A stretch of 64,000 bases of DNA from a bacterium (lineage in GTDB: Bacteria; Desulfobacterota; Binatia; Binatales; Binataceae), in assembly GCA_014896235.1 (NCBI GenBank), contig JADBKU010000001.1:69594-133593 (forward strand), read 5' to 3'. Made by a program: the position numbers and the translations under genes. The notes beneath the pieces are model-generated. The model made no database searches and was not told the DNA's origin. It worked only from the letters and a program-made list of their open reading frames with translations. Shown one piece after another: positions 9,591 through 18,680 of the stretch; position 1 is the stretch's first letter; each line of letters starts with the position of its first letter.

Positions 9591-10631
9591 ATGTTGGATT
9601 TTGGATTGCTGTTCGCCTTCCGCCGTCCGGACTTCGGCCGCGATTCGTTCGTCGATCTCTATCGCAAGCATCTCGATCTTTGCGTCGCCGCGGAAGATTT
9701 GGGTTACGACACGGTATGGCTCACGGAGCATCACTTCGTCCCCGACGGCTACTCGCCCTCGCTGCTGCCGATCGCAAGCGCGATCGCCGCGCGCACCAGG
9801 CGCATCCGTATCGGCACCTTCGTCTTGTTGCTGCCGCTCCATAATCCGTTGCGAGTGGCCGAAGACGCCGCGACCGTCGATATCATCTCGAACGGCCGGC
9901 TCGATCTTGGCCTTGGCCAGGGCTATCGCGTGCCCGAGTTCACCGGCTTCGACGTGCCGCGCAAGGAGCGTGGCGCGCGCCTCGAAGAGGGAACGGAAAT
10001 TATCCGCCGCGCCTGGACCGAAGACGGGTTTTCATTCGATGGCCGATTCAACCGCCTGCGCAATATCACCTTGTCGCCCAAGCCCGTCCAGCGGCCGCAT
10101 CCGCCGCTCTGGCTCGCCGGCCGCGGACCGAAATCGATCGCGCGATTGGCGCGCAATGGATATCACCTCTGCGGCACCGGCGGGCCGGATCAGCAGCAGA
10201 TGTACGACGCGGCGTTGAAGGAGCAAGGCAAAAATCCGGCGGATTTCAAAATCGCGCAGTTGCGCAACGCTTTCGTCGCACGCGATCCCAAGGACGCCTG
10301 GGATCATTCCGAGCGCGGGTTGCATTACATGTTGTCGTGCTACGGCGAATGGTTCCGCGAAGCGAGCGATCTTCCCGGCGACGAATTATACGGCCAGAAC
10401 ATCCCGCCCGTCGGCGAGTTGCGCCATAGCGACACGGCGCGATTTTTCGGCGAACCGCCGATCGTCGGTACGCCGGCGACCGCGATCGAGCTAATCGAGG
10501 ACTATTTGCGGCGCACCCGCGTGACCCATCTGGTGCTCTACATGGCCGTGCCCGGCGCCGACGCCGCGGCGGTGCACGAGAGCATGAAACTGTTCGCGGC
10601 GGAGGTGATTCCGCATTTCCGCCGACGCTGA
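9591..10631 (+). CDS. LLM-class (luciferase-like) flavin-dependent oxidoreductase
   Basis: Start set at MLDFGLLF (ATG 9591). TIM-barrel LLM motifs (GYDTVWLTEHHF…, ISNGRLDLGLGQGY). Confidence 0.85.
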   Translation: MLDFGLLFAFRRPDFGRDSFVDLYRKHLDLCVAAEDLGYDTVWLTEHHFVPDGYSPSLLPIASAIAARTRRIRIGTFVLLLPLHNPLRVAEDAATVDIISNGRLDLGLGQGYRVPEFTGFDVPRKERGARLEEGTEIIRRAWTEDGFSFDGRFNRLRNITLSPKPVQRPHPPLWLAGRGPKSIARLARNGYHLCGTGGPDQQQMYDAALKEQGKNPADFKIAQLRNAFVARDPKDAWDHSERGLHYMLSCYGEWFREASDLPGDELYGQNIPPVGELRHSDTARFFGEPPIVGTPATAIELIEDYLRRTRVTHLVLYMAVPGADAAAVHESMKLFAAEVIPHFRRR

Positions 10632-10742
10632 CGGCGCCGCGGCGTCCCCAGCGGAGCGAGGTTTCAGCGACGCAAAGGGCCGGACGGGCGGCCTGCCGCC
10701 CGTCCGGCTAAAACGCGGCCGCAGCCGCGCGGAGCCTCGCCC

Positions 10743-11583
10743 TCAATACTTGCCGAGCAATCCGCTCAATTCGGCGATTTTGAGTTCGCCCTCGCGCGTC
10801 TGTCCGCCGATTTCGAGGAACTTGCGCATATTGCGTCGCCCGCTTTCGGTGCGCACGAGTTGCTGGAACAGGTAGCTTTCGTCCCTAAGCCCTTCGGCCA
10901 ACGGCTTTTCGGCCGAATTGATCGCCTGTTTGGTCAGCCGCACCGCTTCCACCGGAAAGGACGCGATCCGTTGCGCGAGCCACTCAACGTATGGTCCGAT
11001 TTGCCCGGCGTCGAAGACGCGATTCAGATAGCCCCAGCGCTCCGCGGTCTCGGCGTCCAGATCGATTCCGCCCAGAATCACCTCGATCGCGCGATTTCTG
11101 CCGATCAATCGCGGCAGGCGCTGCGTGCCCGTTCCGCCGGGAAGGATGCCGAGCGGCACTTCCATCTGATTGATGATGGTCTTGCCGCGCACGCCGAAGC
11201 GCATGTCGAACGACATCGCCAGTTCCGATCCGCCGCCTCCGGCGCGGCCCTCGATTTGCGCGATCGTGATCTTGTCCATCAGGCGAAAGCGCTCGCACAT
11301 GTCGTGGTAGAACGCATTGGCGTAATCCTCGTGACGCGCCGGCTGGTCGATTGGAAATTCCAGAATCGCGGCGACGTCGAAATGCGCGATGAAGAAATCC
11401 GGGTTGGCGCTCCTCAGCACGACCACGAGCAGGTCCTTGTCGGCTTCGAGTTCGCTCGACAACCGGACGAGGTCGTCCAGCAGCGGCGCGGTGATCACGT
11501 TGATCGGCGGATTGTTGATGGTTGCATATGCGACTTTGCCCCGAATTTCGACGCTTATGACCTTGTAGTTCTCGTATGCCATG
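10743..11583 (-). CDS. enoyl-CoA hydratase/isomerase family protein
   Basis: Start at MAYENYK (ATG complement 11581-11583) with an AAGGAAAA SD. Crotonase fold (GGGSELAMSFDMRF). Confidence 0.85.
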
Positions 11584-11897
11584 GGTTTTCCTTTGTAGTT
11601 TTCCTGATTCGAGCGTCGCCGCTCGCCCGTTTCCACTTCATATCCGTCTTCGCTCCCATTCAGCCAGCCCCGGCGCATGGTTTGGCCGTGTCACGTGTGA
11701 CGCGATCCGGGATTGCCGCGCATCCGCCGCGACTCTTGCGATAAGAACACATCCCGGCGCCGCAAACCCCGCCGGCGTCTCCTGCGGGTTCCTTGAGAAA
11801 GTTTGAAAGGCGTGCTTTTGCTTGGTAAATCGTCCGAATCGACGGCGAATCGGGAGCAATCAAAATCGTCCGCCGCGCGACGACTCGGAGACGCACG

Positions 11898-12131
11898 ATG
11901 GCTGCCCAAGAAAGTGGAACCGGCGCCGAAGCCGCGCGGAAACGCCAATTCAGGCGCTTCATGTGCCTCGGCTGCGGCTTTCTCTACGACGAGGAACGCG
12001 GATGGCCGGAAGAGGGGATAGCGCCGGGCACGCGATGGGACGATATTCCGGCGGACTGGCGATGTCCTGATTGCGGAACCGCAAAGGCGCAGTTCGAGAT
12101 GGTCGAAATCCCCTACTATCGGGCGGCGTGA
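11898..12131 (+). CDS. rubredoxin
   Basis: Both CxxCG…CPxCG knuckles are present ([11 protein letters not shown]…WRCPDCG). There is a roughly 20-aa N-terminal extension; the alternative start is ATG 11961. Confidence 0.85.
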   Translation: MAAQESGTGAEAARKRQFRRFMCLGCGFLYDEERGWPEEGIAPGTRWDDIPADWRCPDCGTAKAQFEMVEIPYYRAA

Positions 12132-12145
12132 CGCGGAGCGGCGCG

Positions 12146-12895
12146 ATGGCGGATTATTTTGTGCTGAGAGATGAGGAACGCGGCCACAGCCATCTGCCGT
12201 CCACGGGCAGCTTCGCCGAGTATGTGGCCGGCCATCCCGACGGATGGATCGATCGCAAATCAAGCTTCAATTTCCGCGATTATCAAAGCGGCCGGCCGGG
12301 CTTCGGCAAGATCCGCGTATTTGGCGACGAGGTCTTCAGCGGCAACGGCGCCGGCTACAACATGCATCCGCATCACAACTTCATCATCATGGCGTTCGTG
12401 CTGCGCGGGGCGCTGACGCATATCAACACGATCGGAAAAATCGACGTGCTCAAGCCCGGCGATTATTACATCTTTTCGGCTGGCTCCGGCGGCAAGCATT
12501 CGGAATTGAATATCGAACCCGGCGAGATGAACGCGATTTACATCTGGGCGCTGCCGGGAAGACTGTTCGCGCCGCCGTCATATCGCCGGGGAAATTTCGA
12601 TTGCGCGCGGCGCGCGAACGCGATCGCGGAGTTGATCGGCGATGCTCCCGGCGCCTTGCCGGTCGATCAGGATCTCAGAGTCTCGCGCCTGTTCAGCGAC
12701 GCTGTCGCCGACTATGAATACAAGGTCGTGGACCGCCGTCACGGCGTCTATTTCTTTGTGCTCGAAGGCGGCGCGCGCTTTACGCAGGCCGAATTGCGCC
12801 GGCGGGACAGCCTCGGCGTCTGGAACTCCGGCGCCGTCGAATTCGAAACGACCGCGGAACGCACTGACCTGCTGATCGTCGAGACGGCGCTCTGA
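12146..12895 (+). CDS. pirin-family cupin protein
   Basis: HPHHNF…VLRG…H…G…GD…G…HSE metal-binding pattern. Start set at MADYFVL. Confidence 0.7.
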   Translation: MADYFVLRDEERGHSHLPSTGSFAEYVAGHPDGWIDRKSSFNFRDYQSGRPGFGKIRVFGDEVFSGNGAGYNMHPHHNFIIMAFVLRGALTHINTIGKIDVLKPGDYYIFSAGSGGKHSELNIEPGEMNAIYIWALPGRLFAPPSYRRGNFDCARRANAIAELIGDAPGALPVDQDLRVSRLFSDAVADYEYKVVDRRHGVYFFVLEGGARFTQAELRRRDSLGVWNSGAVEFETTAERTDLLIVETAL

Positions 12896-12955
12896 AATCA
12901 GCTTCAGTCTACTCGCCGCGGCCATGCCGCTTGCGTTGGGGCGCGGCAAGACAAG

Positions 12956-13357
12956 TCAGATTTTTATGCTCGCGCGCCACCCGGCGATCACGCTTTCCCA
13001 ATTACGGCCGTCGAAGCGATCGATCGGCAGGCGGTCGAGGTCCACTCCTTCAAGACAGCGGACGTTTACGTCGATTTTGTCAGGGTCGGAGCGCGGAATA
13101 TAGAACGGCGCGACGCCGCATACCGGACAGAAGTAATGGCGTGCGACTCCGGTATTGAAAGTGTAGGTCGCGAGGTTTTCGGCCGGCGTCAGCATCCGGA
13201 AATTTTCCCTCGGCACGATCCAGTGCAGATAGCCTTTTTTCGCGCAGATCGAGCAATTGCATTCGGTCACGCGCGCCGGCCGTCCGGCGACTTCGATCGC
13301 GATTCGCCCGCAATGGCATCCGCCGCGGCATTTACCGTCGGCGTTTTTCGCGTTCAT
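12956..13357 (-). CDS. GFA (glutathione-dependent formaldehyde-activating/CENP-V-like) family protein
   Basis: CHCG…C.C..C.K and …CPVCG zinc-site pattern; 133 aa. Confidence 0.8.
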   Translation of the reverse strand: MNAKNADGKCRGGCHCGRIAIEVAGRPARVTECNCSICAKKGYLHWIVPRENFRMLTPAENLATYTFNTGVARHYFCPVCGVAPFYIPRSDPDKIDVNVRCLEGVDLDRLPIDRFDGRNWESVIAGWRASIKI

Positions 13358-14178
13358 GCTTTCTCCGGTTTATTCGCGCGCGCTCCAAGCGCATGCGCGA
13401 CGCCAGGCATGACTTTGGGAAAGCCGCGGCCCTCCAGCTTGTCCTTCATGTAGCTGTCGAGGCCGTGCACCATGTAATGCGCATGAGCGTTGCGGATCGC
13501 GTTGCTGAATCCCATCTCGTCCTGCGCGGAATTCATCGCCCATTTCGCCATCCGCAGCGTGAACGGATCGTTTTCCGCGATCTCGTTGGCGAGCGCCATC
13601 GTTTCCGCTTCGAGACGCTCGCGGGGAACCACGTGGTTGACGAAGCCGTGGCGCAGCGCTTCCTCGGCGGTCACGAAGCGGCTGCGAAAGACGGCCTCCT
13701 TGGCGACTCGCAGCGGCAAGTCCCACGGAATCGAAAAATATTGCATCAGCGCGGGCAGGAATTTCGCGTCGTCGGCGGCGACGATCAAATCCATCGCGGC
13801 GGCGAACATCCATCCGCCAAATATGCACATGCCCTGAACTTGCGCGATCGTGGGTTTGTCGAGATTGCGCCAGCGCAAGGTCGCGTCGAGGAACAGATCG
13901 CGCGAGAGCGCGTATTCGCCGCGCACGCCTTTGGGGTAAGGACGGCGGCGCATGTCCTCGCGTTCCTCGGGAGTGCCGATATCGTGGCCGGAAGAAAATG
14001 TTTCGCCCGCAGCGGCGAGCACGATCACGCGCACATCTTGATCGGCGTTCGCGCTTGCGAAGGCGTGATCCATCTCTTCGATCATCACGCGCGATTGCGC
14101 GTTTTTGTAACGCGGCCGATTGGTGATTACTTTGGCTACCGCGCCATGACGCTCGTAAATTATAGCTTTGTACGTCAA
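13354..14178 (-). CDS. enoyl-CoA hydratase/isomerase family protein (TTG start)
   Basis: The crotonase fold begins at LTYKAIIYERHGAVAKVITNRP. An in-frame TTG (complement 14176-14178) follows a perfect AGGAGAG SD. The track ORF continues upstream as Arg-rich sequence that overlaps the plus-strand gene at 14538. Confidence 0.8.
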   Translation of the reverse strand: MTYKAIIYERHGAVAKVITNRPRYKNAQSRVMIEEMDHAFASANADQDVRVIVLAAAGETFSSGHDIGTPEEREDMRRRPYPKGVRGEYALSRDLFLDATLRWRNLDKPTIAQVQGMCIFGGWMFAAAMDLIVAADDAKFLPALMQYFSIPWDLPLRVAKEAVFRSRFVTAEEALRHGFVNHVVPRERLEAETMALANEIAENDPFTLRMAKWAMNSAQDEMGFSNAIRNAHAHYMVHGLDSYMKDKLEGRGFPKVMPGVAHALGARANKPEKA

Positions 14179-14430
14179 ATTCGCTCTCCTGTCGCCTGTT
14201 GGTTCGGGTTCTTGCTTTTCGCGCAACGCGCGGGCGCTCGCCAGTCGACGATGGAATCGTCGGCCGCGCTTTGCAACTCCTCCAAAGAAGCCACGATTAT
14301 GCGTTTCATGATCGCGCGCCGACAAAAGCCGGTTGCGGAATCGCCCGAAGGTGTCCGCGCGGCGTTCTGCCGCGAAAGTTAGCAGTTGTGGAAATTTTCG
14401 CGCTGGAGTAATGAATGAGCGTTCAGCCGC

Positions 14431-14460
14431 TTGACAGGAGCACTCGGATTTCAGTATAAG
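14431..14460 (+). promoter_or_regulatory. sigma70-like promoter candidate upstream of the di-iron protein gene
   Basis: TTGACA (14431-14436), an 18-nt spacer, then TATAAG (14455-14460), about 77 nt upstream of ATG 14538. Confidence 0.3.
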
Positions 14461-14537
14461 CAAGCAAGCGTTTGGTATTAGACGCCTGCAAAACGCGCCA
14501 ACCCAAAAGGTGACGACCAGATTCCGCGGAGGCTTCA

Positions 14538-15551
14538 ATGACTGAAACCGAACATCGAATCCAGAGCGAATACGAGACGCTCTATCAGCGGGAATACGCC
14601 GTGCTTGCGCCTGATATGCGGCGGCTCTACGAAAACGCCAAGCGCGACCAATGGAACGCTTCGCGCGATATCGACTGGTCGCAGCCGGTCGATCTGGACA
14701 AGGGCATCTTTGCCGACGGCCTGATCGACGGCTACGGCAGCGAGTTCTGGAACAAGCTCGACGAGAAAACCCGCCGCGAGCTGAACGTCGAATTTTCCTG
14801 CTGGCGTATCTCGCAACTTCTGCATGGCGAAGAGGGCGCGATGCTCGCGTGCAGCCAACTGGTCGATATGGTGCCGACCAACGACGCCAAATTCTTCCAG
14901 TCAACCCAAGTCGTGGACGAAGCGCGGCATACCGAGGTCCTCAGCCGCTATCTTAACGAGAAGTGCGGCGGCCGCATCTATCCGATGAACCACAACGTCA
15001 AGCATCTGTTCGATTATCTGCTTGGACAGGGCAAATGGTTCATCAAAACGGCGGGTTTGCAGCTGGTTGCGGAGACCTTCGCGGTGGGACTGTTCCGGAT
15101 GCTGGCGGAGACCGCGCAAGATCCCGTACTGAAATCGATCAGCAAACGGATTTTGCTGGACGAATCGCGGCACATGGGTTTTTCGGTGATCGGTCTGCCC
15201 GACATGATCGCGAGCCTGTCGCCGTCGGAGATGAGCGAGCTTGAGGATTTCGTCGCGGAAGCGTGCCGGTTGGTGTTGCGCGGCCAGTTCCCGCGCGAGG
15301 CCTTCGAGAAGATCGGCTTCAACAAGAGCGAAATCGATCAGGTTCAGAAAATCCGGGTCGAAAGCGCCAAGAGCAACGATTACGTATTTTTCCGTCAGAT
15401 CTTCCGGCGCGAGATGTACACGCAGGTCGTTTCCAACATGAAGAAGGTCGGCCTGATGACGCCGCGGACGGCCGAGAACTTGCGGAAGCTGGGAATAGAT
15501 CCCACAATTGATGGACGAGCCGCTACTCTCGAGTCGCAGCCCGGGGCCTGA
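14538..15551 (+). CDS. ferritin-like di-iron carboxylate protein (acyl-ACP desaturase/AurF-like oxygenase superfamily)
   Basis: Two E…(D/E)ExRH motifs (EEGAML…DEARHTE and ETFAVG…DESRHMG) sit about 81 residues apart, as in class-II di-iron oxygenases/desaturases. GCGGAGG SD. Confidence 0.6.
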   Translation: MTETEHRIQSEYETLYQREYAVLAPDMRRLYENAKRDQWNASRDIDWSQPVDLDKGIFADGLIDGYGSEFWNKLDEKTRRELNVEFSCWRISQLLHGEEGAMLACSQLVDMVPTNDAKFFQSTQVVDEARHTEVLSRYLNEKCGGRIYPMNHNVKHLFDYLLGQGKWFIKTAGLQLVAETFAVGLFRMLAETAQDPVLKSISKRILLDESRHMGFSVIGLPDMIASLSPSEMSELEDFVAEACRLVLRGQFPREAFEKIGFNKSEIDQVQKIRVESAKSNDYVFFRQIFRREMYTQVVSNMKKVGLMTPRTAENLRKLGIDPTIDGRAATLESQPGA

Positions 15552-15560
15552 ACGCGGGCG

Positions 15561-15618
15561 AGAACTCGCGGGGTTGGCCGGTCGGAAGGAAGAAGGTTGA
15601 CCGATGCCCGCGAGTTCT
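15561..15618 (+). promoter_or_regulatory. perfect 12-bp inverted repeat bracketing the TetR RBS and start codon
   Basis: AGAACTCGCGGG at 15561-15572 and its reverse complement CCCGCGAGTTCT at 15607-15618, separated by 34 nt containing the SD (GAAGGAAGAAGG) and ATG 15604. Confidence 0.35.
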
Positions 15619-16200
15619 TCGCAAGCGGCGCTTCGTGCACCGCGGCAGGATAATCGCCGCGCCCAACTGCTTGACGCGGCGGCCCATCTATTCAGCGAAC
15701 GGGGCTTTCACGCCACGTCGATGCGGGATATCGCAAAGGCGGTCGGCATGCTTTCGGGTTCGATTTATTACCACTTCGAATCCAAGGAAGAGATGCTGCT
15801 GGCCGTCTATGAGGAAGGCAAACGGCGGATCGCCGACGAGGTTGACGCGGCGGTGGCGAACACAACCGAGCCGTGGACGCGGCTCGAGGCCGCCTGCGCG
15901 GCCCATCTGCGCGCCTTGTTATCCCATCGCGACTATTCGCAGGCGATGATTCGCGCGCGTCCGCAGGAAGCCGGCGCTTTCGCGGGACGGATTCGCGAGC
16001 TTCGGCAGGACTACGAGATGCGATTCCGGCGCTTAATCGAGGATTTGCCGCTGCCGCCCGAAATCGATCGTCATTATCTTCGCTTGCTTTTGTTCGGCGC
16101 GCTAAACTGGTCGCAGGTCTGGTACCATTCAGGCGGCGATTCGCCGGAAATTGTAGCGCGCCATTTTGTTAGCATCCTTCGCAGACCACTTCAGGCCTGA
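15604..16200 (+). CDS. TetR/AcrR family transcriptional regulator
   Basis: N-terminal HTH (LLDAAAHLFSERGFHATSMRDIAKAVGMLSGSIYYHF) followed by an alpha-helical ligand-binding domain. Confidence 0.85.
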   Translation: MPASSSQAALRAPRQDNRRAQLLDAAAHLFSERGFHATSMRDIAKAVGMLSGSIYYHFESKEEMLLAVYEEGKRRIADEVDAAVANTTEPWTRLEAACAAHLRALLSHRDYSQAMIRARPQEAGAFAGRIRELRQDYEMRFRRLIEDLPLPPEIDRHYLRLLLFGALNWSQVWYHSGGDSPEIVARHFVSILRRPLQA

Positions 16201-17026
16201 TGCGGCGTCGCGGGGCGTCGCGGGGCGCCGATGCGTCGCTGCGGGCCGCGTTCGATTCGTCCTTCCGGCGCTTGCGCTATATTTGCTGATGGCGGTCTTG
16301 ATTAGGCCGCCCTCAGCAAATGCGACCGATTTCTACGAAATCCAGATTTATTCGTTCGATACCGTGCCTCAGGACCAGTTGATGGCCGAATTGCATCTGA
16401 ATTACGTCAGCACCGCGGTCGGCGTGGCCTCGAAATCGAATCTTCCGCTGTATCAGACTCACGCGACCTATGAATTCACCTATGGACTGCTGCCGTACCT
16501 CGAAGTGGGGCAGTATGTCTGCACGGCGATGTTCGAGCCGGGGCGATGGGAGTACGCGGGCGCGCGCACCAAAGTTCATTTCGGCATCCCGCAGACCGAA
16601 GATTGGCCGGTTCAATTCGGCGCCAATATCGAGCTTCAATATATGCGCCGCGCCGCGGTTCCGGATCCGTTCAATATCGAGTTCATGCCGATTATGGAAT
16701 CTCATTGGCGGCATTTCACCGCGATAGCCAATCTTTCCTTCGAAAAGCAGTTCAGCGGACCGGGAACCCGGGCGGGAATCTCATTGGAGCCGATGGGTCA
16801 GATTAGCTATCTGCTGACCAGATGGTTTGAGCCGTCGCTGGAATATTTTGGCGATATAGGAGCGGTTAAAGAGCCATATATATGGCCCGAGCAGCAGCAG
16901 TTTATCGTACCGGCCGTTAACCTCTACTTGATACCGCAGCTTGAGTTCAATTTCGGCGTCGGCTTCGGCATCACGACGAATCAACACGGCACGTTCGAAA
17001 AAGGCACGATCGGCTGGCTTTTTTGA
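16166..17026 (+). CDS. outer-membrane beta-barrel protein (possible substrate channel)
   Basis: Signal-like segment (…RVRFVLPALALYLLMAVLIRPPSANA), alternating amphipathic beta strands rich in Y/F/G, and a C-terminal …GWLF with terminal Phe typical of OMPs. Start uncertain: TTG 16166 in the track, with in-frame TTG 16280 and ATG 16286 as alternatives. Confidence 0.5.
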   Translation: MLASFADHFRPDAASRGVAGRRCVAAGRVRFVLPALALYLLMAVLIRPPSANATDFYEIQIYSFDTVPQDQLMAELHLNYVSTAVGVASKSNLPLYQTHATYEFTYGLLPYLEVGQYVCTAMFEPGRWEYAGARTKVHFGIPQTEDWPVQFGANIELQYMRRAAVPDPFNIEFMPIMESHWRHFTAIANLSFEKQFSGPGTRAGISLEPMGQISYLLTRWFEPSLEYFGDIGAVKEPYIWPEQQQFIVPAVNLYLIPQLEFNFGVGFGITTNQHGTFEKGTIGWLF

Positions 17027-17052
17027 CGCCGCCCGCGCCGGCGCCGCCACAC

Positions 17053-17211
17053 GGCGCCATTCGACGTCCCGCGTTGTACGGCGGCGCCGCTTGATGTCCC
17101 GTGGCGCCAAGTGGCGCCACAGACTGTACCGCTCGCGGTCCGCGGCTGCGCGGGATGTTCACGATGTCCCACGCCGTCCCGAACCGGCTGGCGGCGCCAT
17201 TTCGGGTCCCG
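17053..17211. repeat. degenerate direct-repeat array of a 19-bp motif GGCGCC-N7-GTCCCG (at least 4 copies, three at an exact 30-bp period)
   Basis: Copies at 17053-17071 (ATTCGAC core), 17083-17101 (GCTTGAT), 17113-17131 (ACAGACT, GTACCG variant) and 17193-17211 (ATTTCGG). Extra GGCGCC at 17103 and GTCCC at 17166 and 17176. Lies between the OMP gene end (17026) and the rhodanese gene end (17231). Confidence 0.5.
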
Positions 17212-17230
17212 GCGGACGCCGGCGCAGCCG

Positions 17231-17641
17231 TTATTCCCTGCGCGGAGGCATCGGTTCGACCGGGCCGCCCGCCGCCTTCCATCCCCGGAATCCGGTCCCG
17301 ATATGGCAGACCGGTTCGACGCCCATGTTCTTCAGCGCCAGCGCGGCGAGCGCCGAACGTCCGCCGCCCGCGCAGAAGAGCACCAGCTTTTTGCCCGCGC
17401 CGAAGGCTTCCTTGTAATAGGGGCTTTCGGGATCGACCCAGAACTCGAGCATCCCGCGCGGCGCATGATAGGCGCCCGGCACGCGGCCGTCGCGCTGCAG
17501 CTCGCGGATATCGCGGATATCGACGAGCATCACGCCCGGATCGTCTTTCATCGCGATCGCCTGTTCGGCGCTGACGGTTTCGATTTGCGCGCTGGCCTCG
17601 GCGACCAGTTCTTTTACGCCTTTTTTCAGCTTCGGCGGCAT
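17231..17641 (-). CDS. rhodanese-domain sulfurtransferase
   Basis: 136 aa. Active-site loop CAGGGRS with catalytic Cys. Confidence 0.85.
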   Translation of the reverse strand: MPPKLKKGVKELVAEASAQIETVSAEQAIAMKDDPGVMLVDIRDIRELQRDGRVPGAYHAPRGMLEFWVDPESPYYKEAFGAGKKLVLFCAGGGRSALAALALKNMGVEPVCHIGTGFRGWKAAGGPVEPMPPRRE

Positions 17642-17679
17642 AGCGGATTCCTTCGTTCGGGTTCGATGCGGGTTCGGAT

Positions 17680-18486
17680 TCAGCGGCCCTGATAGTTCGG
17701 TTTGCGCTTTTCCATGAAGGCGCGGGGGCCTTCCTGCGCGTCGCGGGACTTCATTACCGGGCGCGTGACCTCGTTTTCGATCTTGAAGCCTTCTTCGTAC
17801 GGACGGCCGGTGGCGCGGCGCACGCCCTGCTTGATCGCCTTCACCGCGAGCGGGCCGTTGGCGGCGATCGCCGCGGCCAGCTCCTCCGCCTTGGCCATCA
17901 CCTGATCAGCCGGCGTGACGTAATTGACCAGGCCGAGCCGGTAGGCCTCGGCCGCGTCGATCAGATTTCCGGTGAGCAGGATTTCCATCGCCTTGCAGTA
18001 AGGCATCTGGCGCGGCAGGCGCACGAGCGAGCCGCCGGCCGGAACGATCGCCCATTTGACCTCTTGTAGGCCGAAGCGCGCATGCTCGGCGACGACGCGC
18101 AGGTCGCACGCCTGCATCAGCTCGAATCCGCCGGCGATGCAGAAGCCGTTGACCGCGGCGATAATAGGCTTGTCGACGTCGTATTTGCGCAGGAGCGCCT
18201 GGTCGCCGAGCTTGCGGTCGGCGAAGAGCTTCTGGTCCCATTCGTCCTCGGGCTTGCGCGCGCCGGTGAAGAGCGGAATCAGCTTGCCGAGATCGGCGCC
18301 GGAGGAAAACGATTTCGCGCCCGCGCCGGTGACGATCGCGGCGCGGATTTCGTCGTCCTCATTGACGCGCCGCCACGCCTCGGCCATCCGGACCAGCACT
18401 TCGGGATTGAGCGCGTTATGGACTTCGGGGCGGTTGAGCGTGAGATAGGCGATATGGTTGCGGACTTCGAACAGCAAAGCAGGCAT
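17680..18486 (-). CDS. enoyl-CoA hydratase/isomerase
   Basis: Crotonase fold (AAVNGFCIAGGFELMQACDLRV). Start set at the second Met (MPALLFEV), which has a GGAG SD. The track start is 18504. Confidence 0.85.
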   Translation of the reverse strand: MPALLFEVRNHIAYLTLNRPEVHNALNPEVLVRMAEAWRRVNEDDEIRAAIVTGAGAKSFSSGADLGKLIPLFTGARKPEDEWDQKLFADRKLGDQALLRKYDVDKPIIAAVNGFCIAGGFELMQACDLRVVAEHARFGLQEVKWAIVPAGGSLVRLPRQMPYCKAMEILLTGNLIDAAEAYRLGLVNYVTPADQVMAKAEELAAAIAANGPLAVKAIKQGVRRATGRPYEEGFKIENEVTRPVMKSRDAQEGPRAFMEKRKPNYQGR

Positions 18487-18649
18487 GATGCGGCTCCGTC
18501 GCATGGCCGCGCATCGATGCGGCCGCGTTTGGCGAAAGTGCTAGCGAACTCGGCGCCCACATGCAATCGACGCCGCTCCGGTGATTCGAGTTTGGAAGGC
18601 CCTGATTGATCCGAAGCGAAAGAGAAATTTGGATCGGCGAATGTTAGCG

Positions 18650-18662
18650 TGTACGATGTACA
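18650..18662 (+). promoter_or_regulatory. inverted repeat TGTAC-GAT-GTACA about 20 nt upstream of the brnT start (candidate TA operator)
   Basis: tgtacgatgtaca directly precedes the GAGGGGCGGGAG SD and TTG 18681. TA operons are usually autoregulated via such palindromes. Confidence 0.3.
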
Positions 18663-18680
18663 TACGTTGAGGGGCGGGAG

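Noticed and set aside
14179-14904. N-terminal 240 aa of the 516-aa minus-strand track ORF
   Set aside because: Arg/Ser-rich, and it overlaps the di-iron gene on the other strand. The crotonase domain begins exactly at a TTG with a perfect SD, so the upstream part is not translated.
17053-17211. Whether the repeat array is a CRISPR array
   Set aside because: The units are 19 bp with only about 11-bp intervening sequence, the constant part is split around a variable core, and there are no cas genes. It is not CRISPR and is reported as a generic repeat.
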